Positions 29,807-39,358 of a DNA stretch of 64,000 bases are shown one piece after another. Every line of letters begins with the position of its first letter. Position 1 is the stretch's first letter. A program made the translations under genes and the position numbers. The stretch is taken from assembly GCA_030649335.1 (NCBI GenBank), contig JAUSLL010000015.1, forward strand, positions 57,746-121,745. The letters are read 5' to 3'. The notes beneath the pieces were generated by a model that was given only the letters and a program-made list of their open reading frames with translations, ran no database searches and was not told where the DNA came from. The DNA is from Parvibaculum sp. (GTDB lineage Bacteria > Pseudomonadota > Alphaproteobacteria > Parvibaculales > Parvibaculaceae).

Positions 29807-30909
29807 GACCGCGGCTCCGGCTTGGCGGCGCGGACTGCAAGGTCGGTCACGATTTCAACGCCCACACCGTCGCGCAAATAGGGCGCGCCCGCGCTCACCA
29901 CTTTGTCACCGGCTTTGAGACCCTTGGTCACCAGCACATGGTCGTCTTGCAACCCGCCGAGCGTCACGCGCGTCAGATGCGCGGTCATGTCTTTCTCGTT
30001 CACCACATAGACGGTTGCTGTCGCGCCGTGACCTTCGAGGATGGCGCTGGCAGGAATGGCAAGTGTCGTTGTTTCATCTGCCGTGTCCGATGGCGCGATG
30101 CGCACTTTGCCGATGAAGCCGCTTTCGACGCCGCTGGGTGTTTCATCCAGCATGATCTCGACGCCGAATGTGCCCGTCTGTGCATCGCTCATCGCTGACA
30201 GGCGGCGCACATGGCCTTTAACGGGCTGGTCCTTGAAAGCATCGAGCCGGATCTCGGCGGTGTCGCCCACTTTGAGCTTGGCCACCGCGCTGTCTGACAG
30301 GGCCGCTTTGAAGATGAAGCCCGCGGCGCCCTGGCTCACGGTCAGCACAGGTGCGCCTGCCGCCACGATCTCGTTGCGGTCCGCGTGGCGGGAGAGCACG
30401 ACGCCGTCCGAGGGGGCGGTGATGGTCGCAAGGCTGCGGTTGAATTCGATCTGGCGCAGCTCGGCGTTGGCCACAGCGGCGGCGCTGCGGGCATCGTCGA
30501 TGCGCTGCTGCGAGATGAAGCCGTTTTTGAGCAAAGGTTCGATGCGGGCGAGGTCGCGGCGGGCTTTCGCGGCATTGGCTTCGGCGCGGGCCGATTGCGC
30601 GTCGATTTCGCGCTGGTCGAGACGGGCGAGCACCTGTCCCTTTTTCACCTGATCGCCGGTGTCGGCGTCCAGCGTCTTGATCAGACCGGCGATCTTGAAC
30701 GAAAGCCCGGCCTCCTTGTCGGAGCGGATGATGCCATAGGCGCTCACGTCCTCAGCGCCGGGGGCGATGGTGACAGTGCTCACCAGAACGGGGATTGCGG
30801 GCACTTTGGCGGCGTCCGCGTCCTGGCTCTCCGAGGGGCCACAGCCGCTAAGCGGTATGAGGGTCAATCCGATAAGGGCGAAAGCCCCAAAACCGCGCGA
30901 CAAAACCAT
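29803..30909 (-). CDS. RND membrane fusion protein (lipoprotein)
   Basis: Lipobox LSGC; GDQVKKGQVLARLD, ITAPSDGVV, GLKAGDKVV. Confidence 0.92.
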   Translation of the reverse strand: MVLSRGFGAFALIGLTLIPLSGCGPSESQDADAAKVPAIPVLVSTVTIAPGAEDVSAYGIIRSDKEAGLSFKIAGLIKTLDADTGDQVKKGQVLARLDQREIDAQSARAEANAAKARRDLARIEPLLKNGFISQQRIDDARSAAAVANAELRQIEFNRSLATITAPSDGVVLSRHADRNEIVAAGAPVLTVSQGAAGFIFKAALSDSAVAKLKVGDTAEIRLDAFKDQPVKGHVRRLSAMSDAQTGTFGVEIMLDETPSGVESGFIGKVRIAPSDTADETTTLAIPASAILEGHGATATVYVVNEKDMTAHLTRVTLGGLQDDHVLVTKGLKAGDKVVSAGAPYLRDGVGVEIVTDLAVRAAKPEPRS

Positions 30910-30929
30910 GAACCAGACCCCTCAGTTAC

Positions 30930-30988
30930 TGAACAGTGTTTATTTAGGCGGTTTATGTCTATGGTCAAGGGTTGTTGAACGGTGTTAG
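30930..30988. promoter_or_regulatory. Two imperfect dyads, probable TetR operators in the divergent promoter
   Basis: tgaacagtgttta (30930) and tgaacggtgttag (30976). Confidence 0.6.
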
Positions 30989-30996
30989 GTAAGGAA

Positions 30997-31713
30997 ATGT
31001 CGTCTAAACTGGAAAAATCGCAAAAAGGGGCAAAACCCGCGCCGCGCCGTCGGCGTCTTGCGCCCGAGGAGCGTCGCGCCCAGATCATCGAGGCCGCGCG
31101 CGCTCTCTTTGGCGAAGGTGGTCTCGCGCTTGTCACCATGCGCAACATCGCCGCCCGGGTCGGCATCACGCAGGCCGCCATCTACCAGCATTTTCAGGAC
31201 AAGGAAGCGATCCTCTTTGCCGTCGCCGAAGGTTTTTTCAGCCATTTGATCGACGCCAAGCAGCGCAATGTCCGCGCCGATCTTGATCCTATCGACCAGT
31301 TGCGCGCTTCCATGCGGTCATATGTGGCCAATGGGCTGGCGCATCCTGATGAGTATCGCCTTGTCTTTATGACGGATGCACCGGGCCTGCGTCGTCAGGC
31401 CCCGGCCAATCTCACGGGTATGACACCCTGTCTCGGTTCATTCGGTGATCCGGAAATCCAGCCCTCCAAGGGCAAGACGGCCTATGGTCATCTGCAGGAA
31501 ATGGTGCGCTCGCTCGTGGCAGGCGGGCATATTCGCGGTGATGATCCCGAACTCATTGCCGAGTGTATCTGGGCGGCTGGCCACGGGCTCGTGTCGCTTC
31601 TCATCACCCATGTCGATTTTATCTGGGCACCGGAAAAACTCATCGATACCCAGATCGACATGCTGCTGAACGGCTTGTTGCCCGAGAAAAGCCCCGCGCG
31701 GAAGTCGCGTTAG
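30997..31713 (+). CDS. TetR/AcrR-family regulator, divergent from the RND pump
   Basis: RRAQIIEAARALF..VTMRNIAARVGITQAAIYQHFQDKEAIL. Confidence 0.92.
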   Translation: MSSKLEKSQKGAKPAPRRRRLAPEERRAQIIEAARALFGEGGLALVTMRNIAARVGITQAAIYQHFQDKEAILFAVAEGFFSHLIDAKQRNVRADLDPIDQLRASMRSYVANGLAHPDEYRLVFMTDAPGLRRQAPANLTGMTPCLGSFGDPEIQPSKGKTAYGHLQEMVRSLVAGGHIRGDDPELIAECIWAAGHGLVSLLITHVDFIWAPEKLIDTQIDMLLNGLLPEKSPARKSR

Positions 31714-31717
31714 GCGT

Positions 31718-32299
31718 TCAGTGGCCCGCCGGCACGCCCGCGCCGATGTCGATGAATTGTTTGATCACGGCCGGTTTCATCTCGAAGGGTCCGCGGACAG
31801 TGCGGGTTTCGGGGTCATTGGCGCCGATTTCATTAATCAGCAGCAGACCAATGCGGGTGTCGGTCTTTTCATCCGCCAACGGAAAATGTGTGATTTCGAC
31901 GAGGCTTGTGTAGCCGCGGGTATTGATGACCGGCGACAGAGACCAGGCTGCACATGGCGTCCTGACGCAGAGGCGCAGGTGATCGGCCTGATAGGCGCGG
32001 TCGGGCACAAGGTCGAGATAATCGAGGCCGGTCACATCCGTATCGAGCAGATCGCGCAGGATGCCGCCGGTGAGGCGCAGCTTCGTTGTGACTTTGCCGT
32101 CTGTGTCGTCGTTCAGATGAATGTCGAGAAGCGCGATGCGTGACAGCATGCGGGCGGCCAGTTCGGGGCGGAAAGAGGCGCGCGACGGGATGAGGCCCGT
32201 GTCGCGCGGCAAGGCGCGCCACAGAGCTTCAAACGCGTGGCTCAGGTCTGAGCGCGTTCTCGTATACGCAGTATCTGTCTGCAACGAAGGTTTGAACAT
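31718..32299 (-). CDS. Stand-alone PAS-like domain protein
   Basis: LWRALPRDTGLIPSRASFRP, LRLTGG..DVTGLDYLD, typical of the single-PAS (DUF1457-like) proteins of alphaproteobacteria. Confidence 0.65.
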   Translation of the reverse strand: MFKPSLQTDTAYTRTRSDLSHAFEALWRALPRDTGLIPSRASFRPELAARMLSRIALLDIHLNDDTDGKVTTKLRLTGGILRDLLDTDVTGLDYLDLVPDRAYQADHLRLCVRTPCAAWSLSPVINTRGYTSLVEITHFPLADEKTDTRIGLLLINEIGANDPETRTVRGPFEMKPAVIKQFIDIGAGVPAGH

Positions 32300-32473
32300 G
32301 GCGTGACCTGAGCAACGGAAAGAAGTTGGTAGTAGGTCTGTTATACGTATGAGCTCTTCCCAGAAAATTAAGATTTCTCCGGAATTTGTTAGGAATTTTG
32401 AGAGTGGGCGTGGGGATTCGACAAATGCGGGCACAGCCGGATCATCTGCATTTGAATGGCGCATTTTCATAAC

Positions 32474-32508
32474 TTGACTAAATAGTCACTTTATGACCAT
32501 ATAGTCAT
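32474..32508 (+). promoter_or_regulatory. Tandem palindromic operators over the TetR/catabolic operon promoter
   Basis: TGACTA-AA-TAGTCA (32475, perfect) and TGACCA-TA-TAGTCA (32494), 19 bp apart; overlaps a TTGACT -35. Confidence 0.75.
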
Positions 32509-32537
32509 ATTGTGTCCAACGGAGCTTCGCCAGACCC

Positions 32538-33224
32538 ATGTCGCCCGCGTCCGTCGTCCAGAAAACCGATGCCCTTGCCTCGCCGCGCCGCGAGCGTATG
32601 CGCCTCGTTCTGATCGAGGCCGCGACGCAGTTGTTTGCCGACAAAGGTGTCGATGCCACGACCATCGACGAGATTGTCGTGCGCGCTGGTGTCGCCAAAG
32701 GCACGTTTTACAATTACTTTCTCGATCGCACCGAGATCGCCGTGGCGGTCGCCGCCCGCATCCGTCACGAGCTCAATGCGGCGGTTGCTGAAATAAATGA
32801 CGGCATCACGGACCCCGCCGAGCGTGTCACGCGCGGCGCGCGATTGTTCATGGCGCTCATCGTCACCGAGCCTGTGCCAGCGCGCATGCTGACGCGTCTC
32901 CTTGAAGGCAGCGGCGATGTGCAGAGCGCCACCAACGCGCATCTGATGGGCGATCTGACCGACGGCATAGGTTCGGGCCGCTTCAACGTCCCGAGCCTCG
33001 AAATGGCAGTGCATGTGGTCACCGGCATCAGTGCGGCCGCCATGCGCCATCTGCTCGATGTGGGTGCCGGACCGGAGATCAGGCGCGGCGAGGGCTATGC
33101 GCATGACATTTGCGTCGTGCTGCTGCAGGGCCTCGGCGTCGATCCCGCCCTCATTCCGGAAATTCTGTCACGACCCTTTTCACTCGACGGTGTCCGTCTC
33201 ATCGGACACGGGAGGTACTTATGA
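32538..33224 (+). CDS. TetR-family regulator
   Basis: LIEAATQLFADKGVDATTIDEIVVRAGVAKGTFYNYF. Confidence 0.92.
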   Translation: MSPASVVQKTDALASPRRERMRLVLIEAATQLFADKGVDATTIDEIVVRAGVAKGTFYNYFLDRTEIAVAVAARIRHELNAAVAEINDGITDPAERVTRGARLFMALIVTEPVPARMLTRLLEGSGDVQSATNAHLMGDLTDGIGSGRFNVPSLEMAVHVVTGISAAAMRHLLDVGAGPEIRRGEGYAHDICVVLLQGLGVDPALIPEILSRPFSLDGVRLIGHGRYL

Positions 33225-34144
33225 TCCGCGTTACCGATGTGGCTTATGTGCGTTTCAACGCGCCTGATCTGGGCGAGATGGAAACATTCCTGCGCGAGTT
33301 CGGCATGGTGACGGTCAGCCGCAGCGACACAGTGCTTTATGCGCGCGGCACCGATGCGCGCCCCTTCGCCCATGTCACCACCTTGGGCGAGGCAGGCTAT
33401 GCCGGTGTCGGCTTCTATGCAGAAAGCGTTGACGATCTCGCAAAGCTTGCCGCCGCCAATGGCGTCGCGGTCGAAGAACATGATGCGCCGGGTGGTGGCA
33501 AGATCGTTCGTCTGCGTGATCCCGACGGCCAGCTCGTCGAAGTCGTCGCGGGTCAGACGGCACCTGCCGCGCTTCCCGTCTCACGTCATCACCTTGTCCA
33601 CAATGACGGCGAGGGTGCGTCCCGCAAGGGCGATGCGCTGCGCGTCGCGCCCGGCCCCTCGCAGGTGAAGCGGCTCGGACATTGCGTGCTCAACGTCAAA
33701 GACTTCCGCGTCAGCGAAGCCTGGTACAAATCCAATCTCGGCTTTGTCACATCGGATGAAATCAACCTCGCGCCCGAGATGCCGCTCGGCGCATTCATGC
33801 GTTGCGACCGTGGCGCGACCCATGTCGATCACCACACACTCTTTCTGGTGGGCACGGGAGCTGCGGGTTTCAATCATGCCGCCTTCGAAGTTGCCAATAT
33901 GGACGATCTCATGGCCGGTCATCAGCACCTGACCGACAAATCGCGCCGCCATGAATGGGGTGTCGGTCGGCATCTTCTCGGCAGCCAGATTTTTGACTAT
34001 TGGCGCGACCCGTGGGGCCACACGGTTGAACATTGGACTGACGGCGATCTCTTCAACAACGAAACCCCGCCCAATGTCCGCCCGCTCGACGATCTGATCG
34101 CCAACCAATGGGGCCCCGGCGCACCGCCGACTATGGGCGCCTGA
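33221..34144 (+). CDS. VOC-family ring-cleavage dioxygenase (trihydroxytoluene oxygenase-like)
   Basis: Two VOC domains; RLGHCVL, HHTLF, FNHAAFEV, WGVGRHLLGSQIFDYWRDP, VEHWTDGD. Confidence 0.82.
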   Translation: MIRVTDVAYVRFNAPDLGEMETFLREFGMVTVSRSDTVLYARGTDARPFAHVTTLGEAGYAGVGFYAESVDDLAKLAAANGVAVEEHDAPGGGKIVRLRDPDGQLVEVVAGQTAPAALPVSRHHLVHNDGEGASRKGDALRVAPGPSQVKRLGHCVLNVKDFRVSEAWYKSNLGFVTSDEINLAPEMPLGAFMRCDRGATHVDHHTLFLVGTGAAGFNHAAFEVANMDDLMAGHQHLTDKSRRHEWGVGRHLLGSQIFDYWRDPWGHTVEHWTDGDLFNNETPPNVRPLDDLIANQWGPGAPPTMGA

Positions 34145-34196
34145 CTTTTCTTTCGCCATGCCGCAATGATAACAGAAACAAACTGGGGAATCTGGA

Positions 34197-35054
34197 ATGA
34201 AACTCGCGACCTACACCACCAAAGGCAAAACCGCCATCGGTCTCGTGCGCGGCGACCGTATCGTCGATCTCTCGGCTCTCGCGCCCGACATGATCGCGCT
34301 CATCTCCAGTGATGCGCTCATGGCCAAAGCCAAAGCGACACCGGCAGATGCGCCAAGCCTCGCGCTGGCCGATGTTACCTTGCGTGCGCCGGTGCTCAAT
34401 CCGGGCAAAATTCTCGCCATTGGTCTCAACTACCGCGACCATGTAGAAGAAAGCAAAATGGCGCTGCCCGAGCATCAGGTCTGGTTCAACAAACAGCATA
34501 ATTGCGTCAATGATCCCTATGGCACCATCAACAAGCCGGTCGTGTCCGACATGCTCGATTACGAAGCTGAAATGTGCTTCGTCATTTCCAAGCGTTGCAA
34601 GCATGTGCCGGTCGAGCGTGCCCATGAAGTCATCGGCGGATATTTCGTCGGCAATGATGCCACCGTGCGTGACTGGCAGCTCCGCACCAACACGTGGCAG
34701 ATCGGCAAGTCGTTTGACACACATGGTCCTGTCGGTCCGTGGATCACAACGGCGGACGAGCTCGGCGACCCGCATACGCTCGACATCAAAGGCTATGTGA
34801 ACGGCGAGCTGCGTCAGTCATCCAACACAAAGCACCTCATCTTCAATTGCTTCGATCAGGTTGCGCATCTCAGTCAGGCTTTCACGCTGGATGCAGGCGA
34901 TATTATTTTTTCGGGCACGCCCAGCGGCGTCGGCATGGCGATGAAGCCGCCATCGGTGCTCAAGGTCGGCGATGTTGTGCGCGTCGAAATTGAAAAGCTC
35001 GGCCATATCGAAAACAAAGTCGTGCTCGAAAACGGCGCGACGGTCATTGGCTGA
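34197..35054 (+). CDS. Fumarylacetoacetate hydrolase family protein
   Basis: IGLNYRDH, LDYEAE, GNDATVRDWQ, GKSFDTHGPVGPW, SGTPSGVG. Confidence 0.93.
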   Translation: MKLATYTTKGKTAIGLVRGDRIVDLSALAPDMIALISSDALMAKAKATPADAPSLALADVTLRAPVLNPGKILAIGLNYRDHVEESKMALPEHQVWFNKQHNCVNDPYGTINKPVVSDMLDYEAEMCFVISKRCKHVPVERAHEVIGGYFVGNDATVRDWQLRTNTWQIGKSFDTHGPVGPWITTADELGDPHTLDIKGYVNGELRQSSNTKHLIFNCFDQVAHLSQAFTLDAGDIIFSGTPSGVGMAMKPPSVLKVGDVVRVEIEKLGHIENKVVLENGATVIG

Positions 35055-35065
35055 GGGCACAGATC

Positions 35066-36556
35066 ATGGCGGGGGGAATAGCGGAAACAGATGTGCTGAT
35101 CGCGGGTCTTGGCCCCGTCGGCGCCACCTTGGGTGTCTATCTCACGCGGGCAGGGTTCCGCGTCACGATCTGCGAGCGCGACCGTGACGTTTACCCCCTG
35201 CCGCGTGCCGCCCATCTCGACCATGAGGTCATGCGCCTTCTGCATATGGCAGGTGGTGCCGACGCCGTGCTGGCGTCTTCCGCGCCGCTTTCGGCTTACG
35301 AGTTCCGCAATGCCGCGGGCGATCTCCTCATGGGCTTCCGTCCCGATCCGCTCGTCAAGGAGACAGGCTTCCCGCAAGGCTCGATGTTCCATCAGCCGAC
35401 GCTTGAGCTGGCGCTGCGGGCAAGGCTTGCCGCCGAACCGCTTGCCGATGTTCGTTTGGGCGCGCAGGTCACAGGCTTTGTCGATCATGAGACCCATGTC
35501 ACTGTGCAGGTGAAAGACGAGACCGGCACAAGCGAGATTTCCGCAGGCTTCCTCATCGGTTGCGATGGCGGTGGCTCGGTGGTGCGTCGTACAGCGGATC
35601 TGCCGCTTGAAGACATGGGATTTGATGAACCGTGGCTCGTCATCGACTCCACGCTCAAGAACAATGTGAAATGTCTTTCCACCATCGGCTTGCAGCATTG
35701 CGATCCCGCGCGGCCTGTCACCTCCATGCCGATGGGGCCGGGGCGCCACCGTTGGGAATTCATGATGTTGCCGGGTGAAACAGCGGATGATGTGACAAGT
35801 GACGCGAGGCTTGCGGAATTCGTGCGGCCTTTTGCTGATCCCGATGCCATCACCATCGAACGTCGCGCGGTCTATCGCTTTCACGCGGTGACAGCCAAGC
35901 AATGGCGCAAAGGCCGTGTGGTGCTGGCGGGTGATGCCGCGCATCAGATGCCGCCCTTCATGGGGCAGGGCTTGTGCTCCGGCGTGCGTGACGCGGCCAA
36001 TCTCGGCTGGAAGCTGGTGAGCGTCCTCAAGGGCGAGGCCGGCATGGCGCTTCTCGACACTTATCAGGCCGAGCGTGATCCGCATGTGCGCGCCATCACA
36101 GGCCTTGCCATGTTCATGGGCCGTGTCGTCTGTACACAGAACGTTGAAGAAGCCGCCCGGCGCGATAAGGAGATGACGTCAAAGCCCGAAGGTGAACGCA
36201 TGGGCGGTGGTATGCCGTCGCTTGAGGGTTTGAAGACCGGCATCTTCGGGGATCATGCTTCCGTCGGTCAGATCGCGCCCGAGCCTTGGCTCAAGGACGG
36301 TCGCCGCCTTGACGATGTGATCGGCCTCACGCCGTTTCTTGTCACGCGCGAGGCCTCAGGCGTCACCAGTTTTGCTGCCGGTGGCCAGGTCTTCACGCTC
36401 GGTGATCTCAGCGATCCGCATGGCGCTTTCGCCGCCGCGATGGGCGATGCACCGGCCCTTCTCGTGCGTCCCGACCGCCTCGTCTTCGGGGCGGGAGATA
36501 CCACCGCGCTTGTTGACGCGTGGAACGCTTACGCCTCGGGCCGTGCCGCGGCCTGA
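35066..36556 (+). CDS. FAD-dependent aromatic hydroxylase (MhpA-like)
   Basis: IAGLGPVG, PRAAHLDHE, IGCDGGGSVVR, LAGDAAHQMPPFMGQGLCSGVRDAANL. Confidence 0.9.
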   Translation: MAGGIAETDVLIAGLGPVGATLGVYLTRAGFRVTICERDRDVYPLPRAAHLDHEVMRLLHMAGGADAVLASSAPLSAYEFRNAAGDLLMGFRPDPLVKETGFPQGSMFHQPTLELALRARLAAEPLADVRLGAQVTGFVDHETHVTVQVKDETGTSEISAGFLIGCDGGGSVVRRTADLPLEDMGFDEPWLVIDSTLKNNVKCLSTIGLQHCDPARPVTSMPMGPGRHRWEFMMLPGETADDVTSDARLAEFVRPFADPDAITIERRAVYRFHAVTAKQWRKGRVVLAGDAAHQMPPFMGQGLCSGVRDAANLGWKLVSVLKGEAGMALLDTYQAERDPHVRAITGLAMFMGRVVCTQNVEEAARRDKEMTSKPEGERMGGGMPSLEGLKTGIFGDHASVGQIAPEPWLKDGRRLDDVIGLTPFLVTREASGVTSFAAGGQVFTLGDLSDPHGAFAAAMGDAPALLVRPDRLVFGAGDTTALVDAWNAYASGRAAA

Positions 36557-36592
36557 GCGACGGAAGGTTCTGTCGGAACTCTCAAAAAAGAC

Positions 36593-36676
36593 TGTCATCC
36601 CGGGACTTGATCCCGGGATCCAGAACCGCACCCACCGAACGAACCGCTCTGGATCCCGGCATTCGCCGGGATGACA
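36593..36676. repeat. REP-like palindromic element, family A, with non-identical arms
   Basis: tgtcatcccgggacttgatcccgggatccaga ... tctggatcccggcattcgccgggatgaca. Confidence 0.85.
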
Positions 36677-36806
36677 ATCGAATTTGAGTTTGGCGAATGA
36701 GCGTCTGGCCAAAGCGCAAAACAAAAGCCCCCAACCCTTGCTTTGCATTTGCCCCGCGAGCCTAGGCATAATTGCGACGAAGGTTGCTCTCGCCGCCATT
36801 CCATAT

Positions 36807-36825
36807 TCACATTATAATAATGTGA
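36807..36825. promoter_or_regulatory. Perfect AT-rich dyad upstream of rrf2
   Basis: TCACATTA-TAA-TAATGTGA. Confidence 0.6.
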
Positions 36826-36910
36826 TATAAAATATTTCCCGCAAGTCGCGTGAAATATCCTTTGACTCTCCGTCTGGCCCGCTATTACCCTACTAACCTG
36901 ATAGACAAAC

Positions 36911-37348
36911 ATGCTCTCGCAAAAAGCCAAATACGCGCTCAAGGCCATGCTGGCTCTGGCCGCTGAAAAAGACGGGGACCTTCTGCAGGCGGGCGATATC
37001 GCCACAAAGCACAATGTCCCGCGCAAGTTTCTGGAGTTGATCCTGCTCGATCTGCGTAAGCAGGGGCTGATCAACAGCCAACGCGGCAAGAACGGTGGCT
37101 ACGCGCTGGCAAAGCCTGCCGAGGCGATCACCTTCGGGCAGATCGTGCGGATCATGGACGGGCCGCTTGCGCCCATCCCCTGCGCCAGTCTCACCGGTTA
37201 CCGCCGGTGCGAGGATTGCAGAGACGAGAAGACCTGTGCCGTGCGCCGGACCATGCGCGAGGTACGTGACGCGGCAGCGACCATCCTCGACGGGATGACG
37301 CTGGCGCAAGCCCGACAGGGGGCCGGGCGGAAGACGCCTGTGCTCTAG
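36911..37348 (+). CDS. Rrf2-family regulator heading the sulfate uptake operon
   Basis: KAKYALKAML, VPRKFLELILLDLRKQGLINSQRGKNGGY; Cys cluster PCAS...RRCEDC...TCAVR. Confidence 0.92.
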   Translation: MLSQKAKYALKAMLALAAEKDGDLLQAGDIATKHNVPRKFLELILLDLRKQGLINSQRGKNGGYALAKPAEAITFGQIVRIMDGPLAPIPCASLTGYRRCEDCRDEKTCAVRRTMREVRDAAATILDGMTLAQARQGAGRKTPVL

Positions 37349-37443
37349 CTTGCCGAGGGGGCCGTCCCCTCAGATGAACTGCCGCCGAGTTACGTGTTTT
37401 AACTCTACTAATTTGATGGACAATATTAGGTAGGAGAATTCTC

Positions 37444-38460
37444 ATGGACCGTACGCTCACGACCCGCAGTTTCCTGCTTCTCGCCGGCCTGCTGCTGCTC
37501 CTTGCTTCCATTTGCGAGGTGCGCGCCGACACTGTGTTGCTCAACGCGTCATACGACCCGACGCGCGAGCTTTACGAAGCCATCAACAAAGAATTTGCCG
37601 CCGACTGGAAAGCCAAAACTGGCGAAAAACTGACCATCCGCCAGTCCCACGGCGGTTCGGGCAAACAGGCCCGTTCGGTGGTGGACGGGCTCGGGGCCGA
37701 TGTTGTCACGCTGGCGCTTGCCGCCGACATCGACCAGATCGCGGCGCTCACCGGCAAGCTCCCCGCCGATTGGCAGAAGCGCCTGCCAGACAATAGCTCG
37801 CCCTATACATCGACGATCAATTTCGTGGTGCGCAAAGGCAATCCCAAGGCGATCAGCGACTGGTCCGATCTTGTGAAGCCCGGCATCGCGGTCATCACAC
37901 CCAACCCCAAAACATCTGGCGGCGCGCGCTGGAATTTCCTCGCCGCCTGGGCCTATGCCACAGCCCATTCGGATGGGGATGAGGCCAAGGCCCGCGCATT
38001 TCTAACGGCGCTCTACAAAAACGTGCCGGTGCTGGACACAGGTGCGCGCGGGTCCACCACCAGCTTTGCCCAGCGTGGCTTGGGTGATGTGCTGATCTCG
38101 TGGGAAAACGAAAGCTATCTGATCCTCAAGCAATTCCCCGGTCAGTTTGAGGTGGTCTATCCCACGATCTCGATCCTGACCGAGCCTCCCGTCGCCGTTG
38201 TCGATGCCAATGCGGCCGCCAACGGCACCACGGAAGCGGCCACTGCCTATCTCGCCTTCCTCTACACGCCGCAGGCCCAGAAGCTCATTGCCAAAAACTT
38301 CTATCGCCCGCGTGACATCTCCGCCGCCGACGCCGATGATCTGGCGCGCTTTCCTGAGATCGCGCTCGTCACCATCGACAAGGATTTCGGTGGGTGGCGT
38401 CAGGCCCAGAAAAAGTTCTTCGCCGACAATGCGATTTTCGACCAGATCTACCGTCCCTGA
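37444..38460 (+). CDS. sbp: Sulfate ABC substrate-binding protein
   Basis: [47 protein letters not shown]. Confidence 0.96.
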   Translation: MDRTLTTRSFLLLAGLLLLLASICEVRADTVLLNASYDPTRELYEAINKEFAADWKAKTGEKLTIRQSHGGSGKQARSVVDGLGADVVTLALAADIDQIAALTGKLPADWQKRLPDNSSPYTSTINFVVRKGNPKAISDWSDLVKPGIAVITPNPKTSGGARWNFLAAWAYATAHSDGDEAKARAFLTALYKNVPVLDTGARGSTTSFAQRGLGDVLISWENESYLILKQFPGQFEVVYPTISILTEPPVAVVDANAAANGTTEAATAYLAFLYTPQAQKLIAKNFYRPRDISAADADDLARFPEIALVTIDKDFGGWRQAQKKFFADNAIFDQIYRP

Positions 38461-38491
38461 TCCCGCGTTCGTTCGTTGAGAGCATTATTCT

Positions 38492-39358
38492 ATGAATGTC
38501 GCCGCAGCATCGTCGCGCGTCTTTGCCCGCGCACCCTCTGTCCTGCCGGGCTTTGGGCTCACGCTCGGGCTCACGCTCACATGGACATCGCTCATCGTCA
38601 TCCTGCCGCTTGCCGCGCTCTTCTGGCGGGCAAGCGGTCTGGGCTTTGGCGGGTTTGTTGATCTGGCAAGCGACGCGCGCGTTGTCTCTGCTCTGCGTTT
38701 GAGCTTTGTTGCCGCAATCATCGGCGCGGCCTTCAATGCCGCCGCAGGTTTGCTCATCGCATGGGTGCTGGTGCGCTATGATTTTGCGGGCAAGCGTCTT
38801 GTTGATGCGATGATCGATCTGCCCTTTGCCTTGCCGACCGCCGTGTCGGGTCTGGCGCTTGCAGCCCTTTATGCACCAAACGGCTGGCTCGGTGCGCCGC
38901 TGGCTCAACTCGGTATCAAGATCGCCTTCACGCCTGCCGGTGTTGTCGTGGCCTGCATGTTCATCGGTCTGCCTTTCGTTGTGCGTCAGGTCCAGCCCGT
39001 GCTCGCCGATCTTGACCGGAGTTTAGAGGAAGCCGCTGCGACGCTTGGTGCGAGCCGCACGCAGACCATTGTTCGCGTGATCTTCCCCGCGATCCTGCCT
39101 GCCTTGCTCACCGGCTTCGCGCTCGCCTTCGCGCGCGGCGTCGGCGAATATGGTTCGATCATTTTCATTGCGGGCAATCTGCCCTTCACGTCGGAAATCG
39201 CGCCGCTTCTCATCATCATCCGGCTTGAAGAGTTCAACTATCAGGGCGCGACCGCCATTGCCGTGCTGATGCTGCTCATGTCTTTTGCTGTATTGCTCGC
39301 CGTCAACCTCCTGCAAAGCTGGAGCCGTCGCCGCACGGGCGGAGGTCGCCACGCATGA
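38492..39358 (+). CDS. cysT: Sulfate ABC permease CysT
   Basis: VLPGFGLTLG, DLPFALPTAVSG, FARGVGEYGS. Confidence 0.95.
   Translation: MNVAAASSRVFARAPSVLPGFGLTLGLTLTWTSLIVILPLAALFWRASGLGFGGFVDLASDARVVSALRLSFVAAIIGAAFNAAAGLLIAWVLVRYDFAGKRLVDAMIDLPFALPTAVSGLALAALYAPNGWLGAPLAQLGIKIAFTPAGVVVACMFIGLPFVVRQVQPVLADLDRSLEEAAATLGASRTQTIVRVIFPAILPALLTGFALAFARGVGEYGSIIFIAGNLPFTSEIAPLLIIIRLEEFNYQGATAIAVLMLLMSFAVLLAVNLLQSWSRRRTGGGRHA

Noticed and set aside
26711-30909. RND pump without an outer-membrane factor
   Set aside because: Sharing a TolC-type protein encoded elsewhere is routine.
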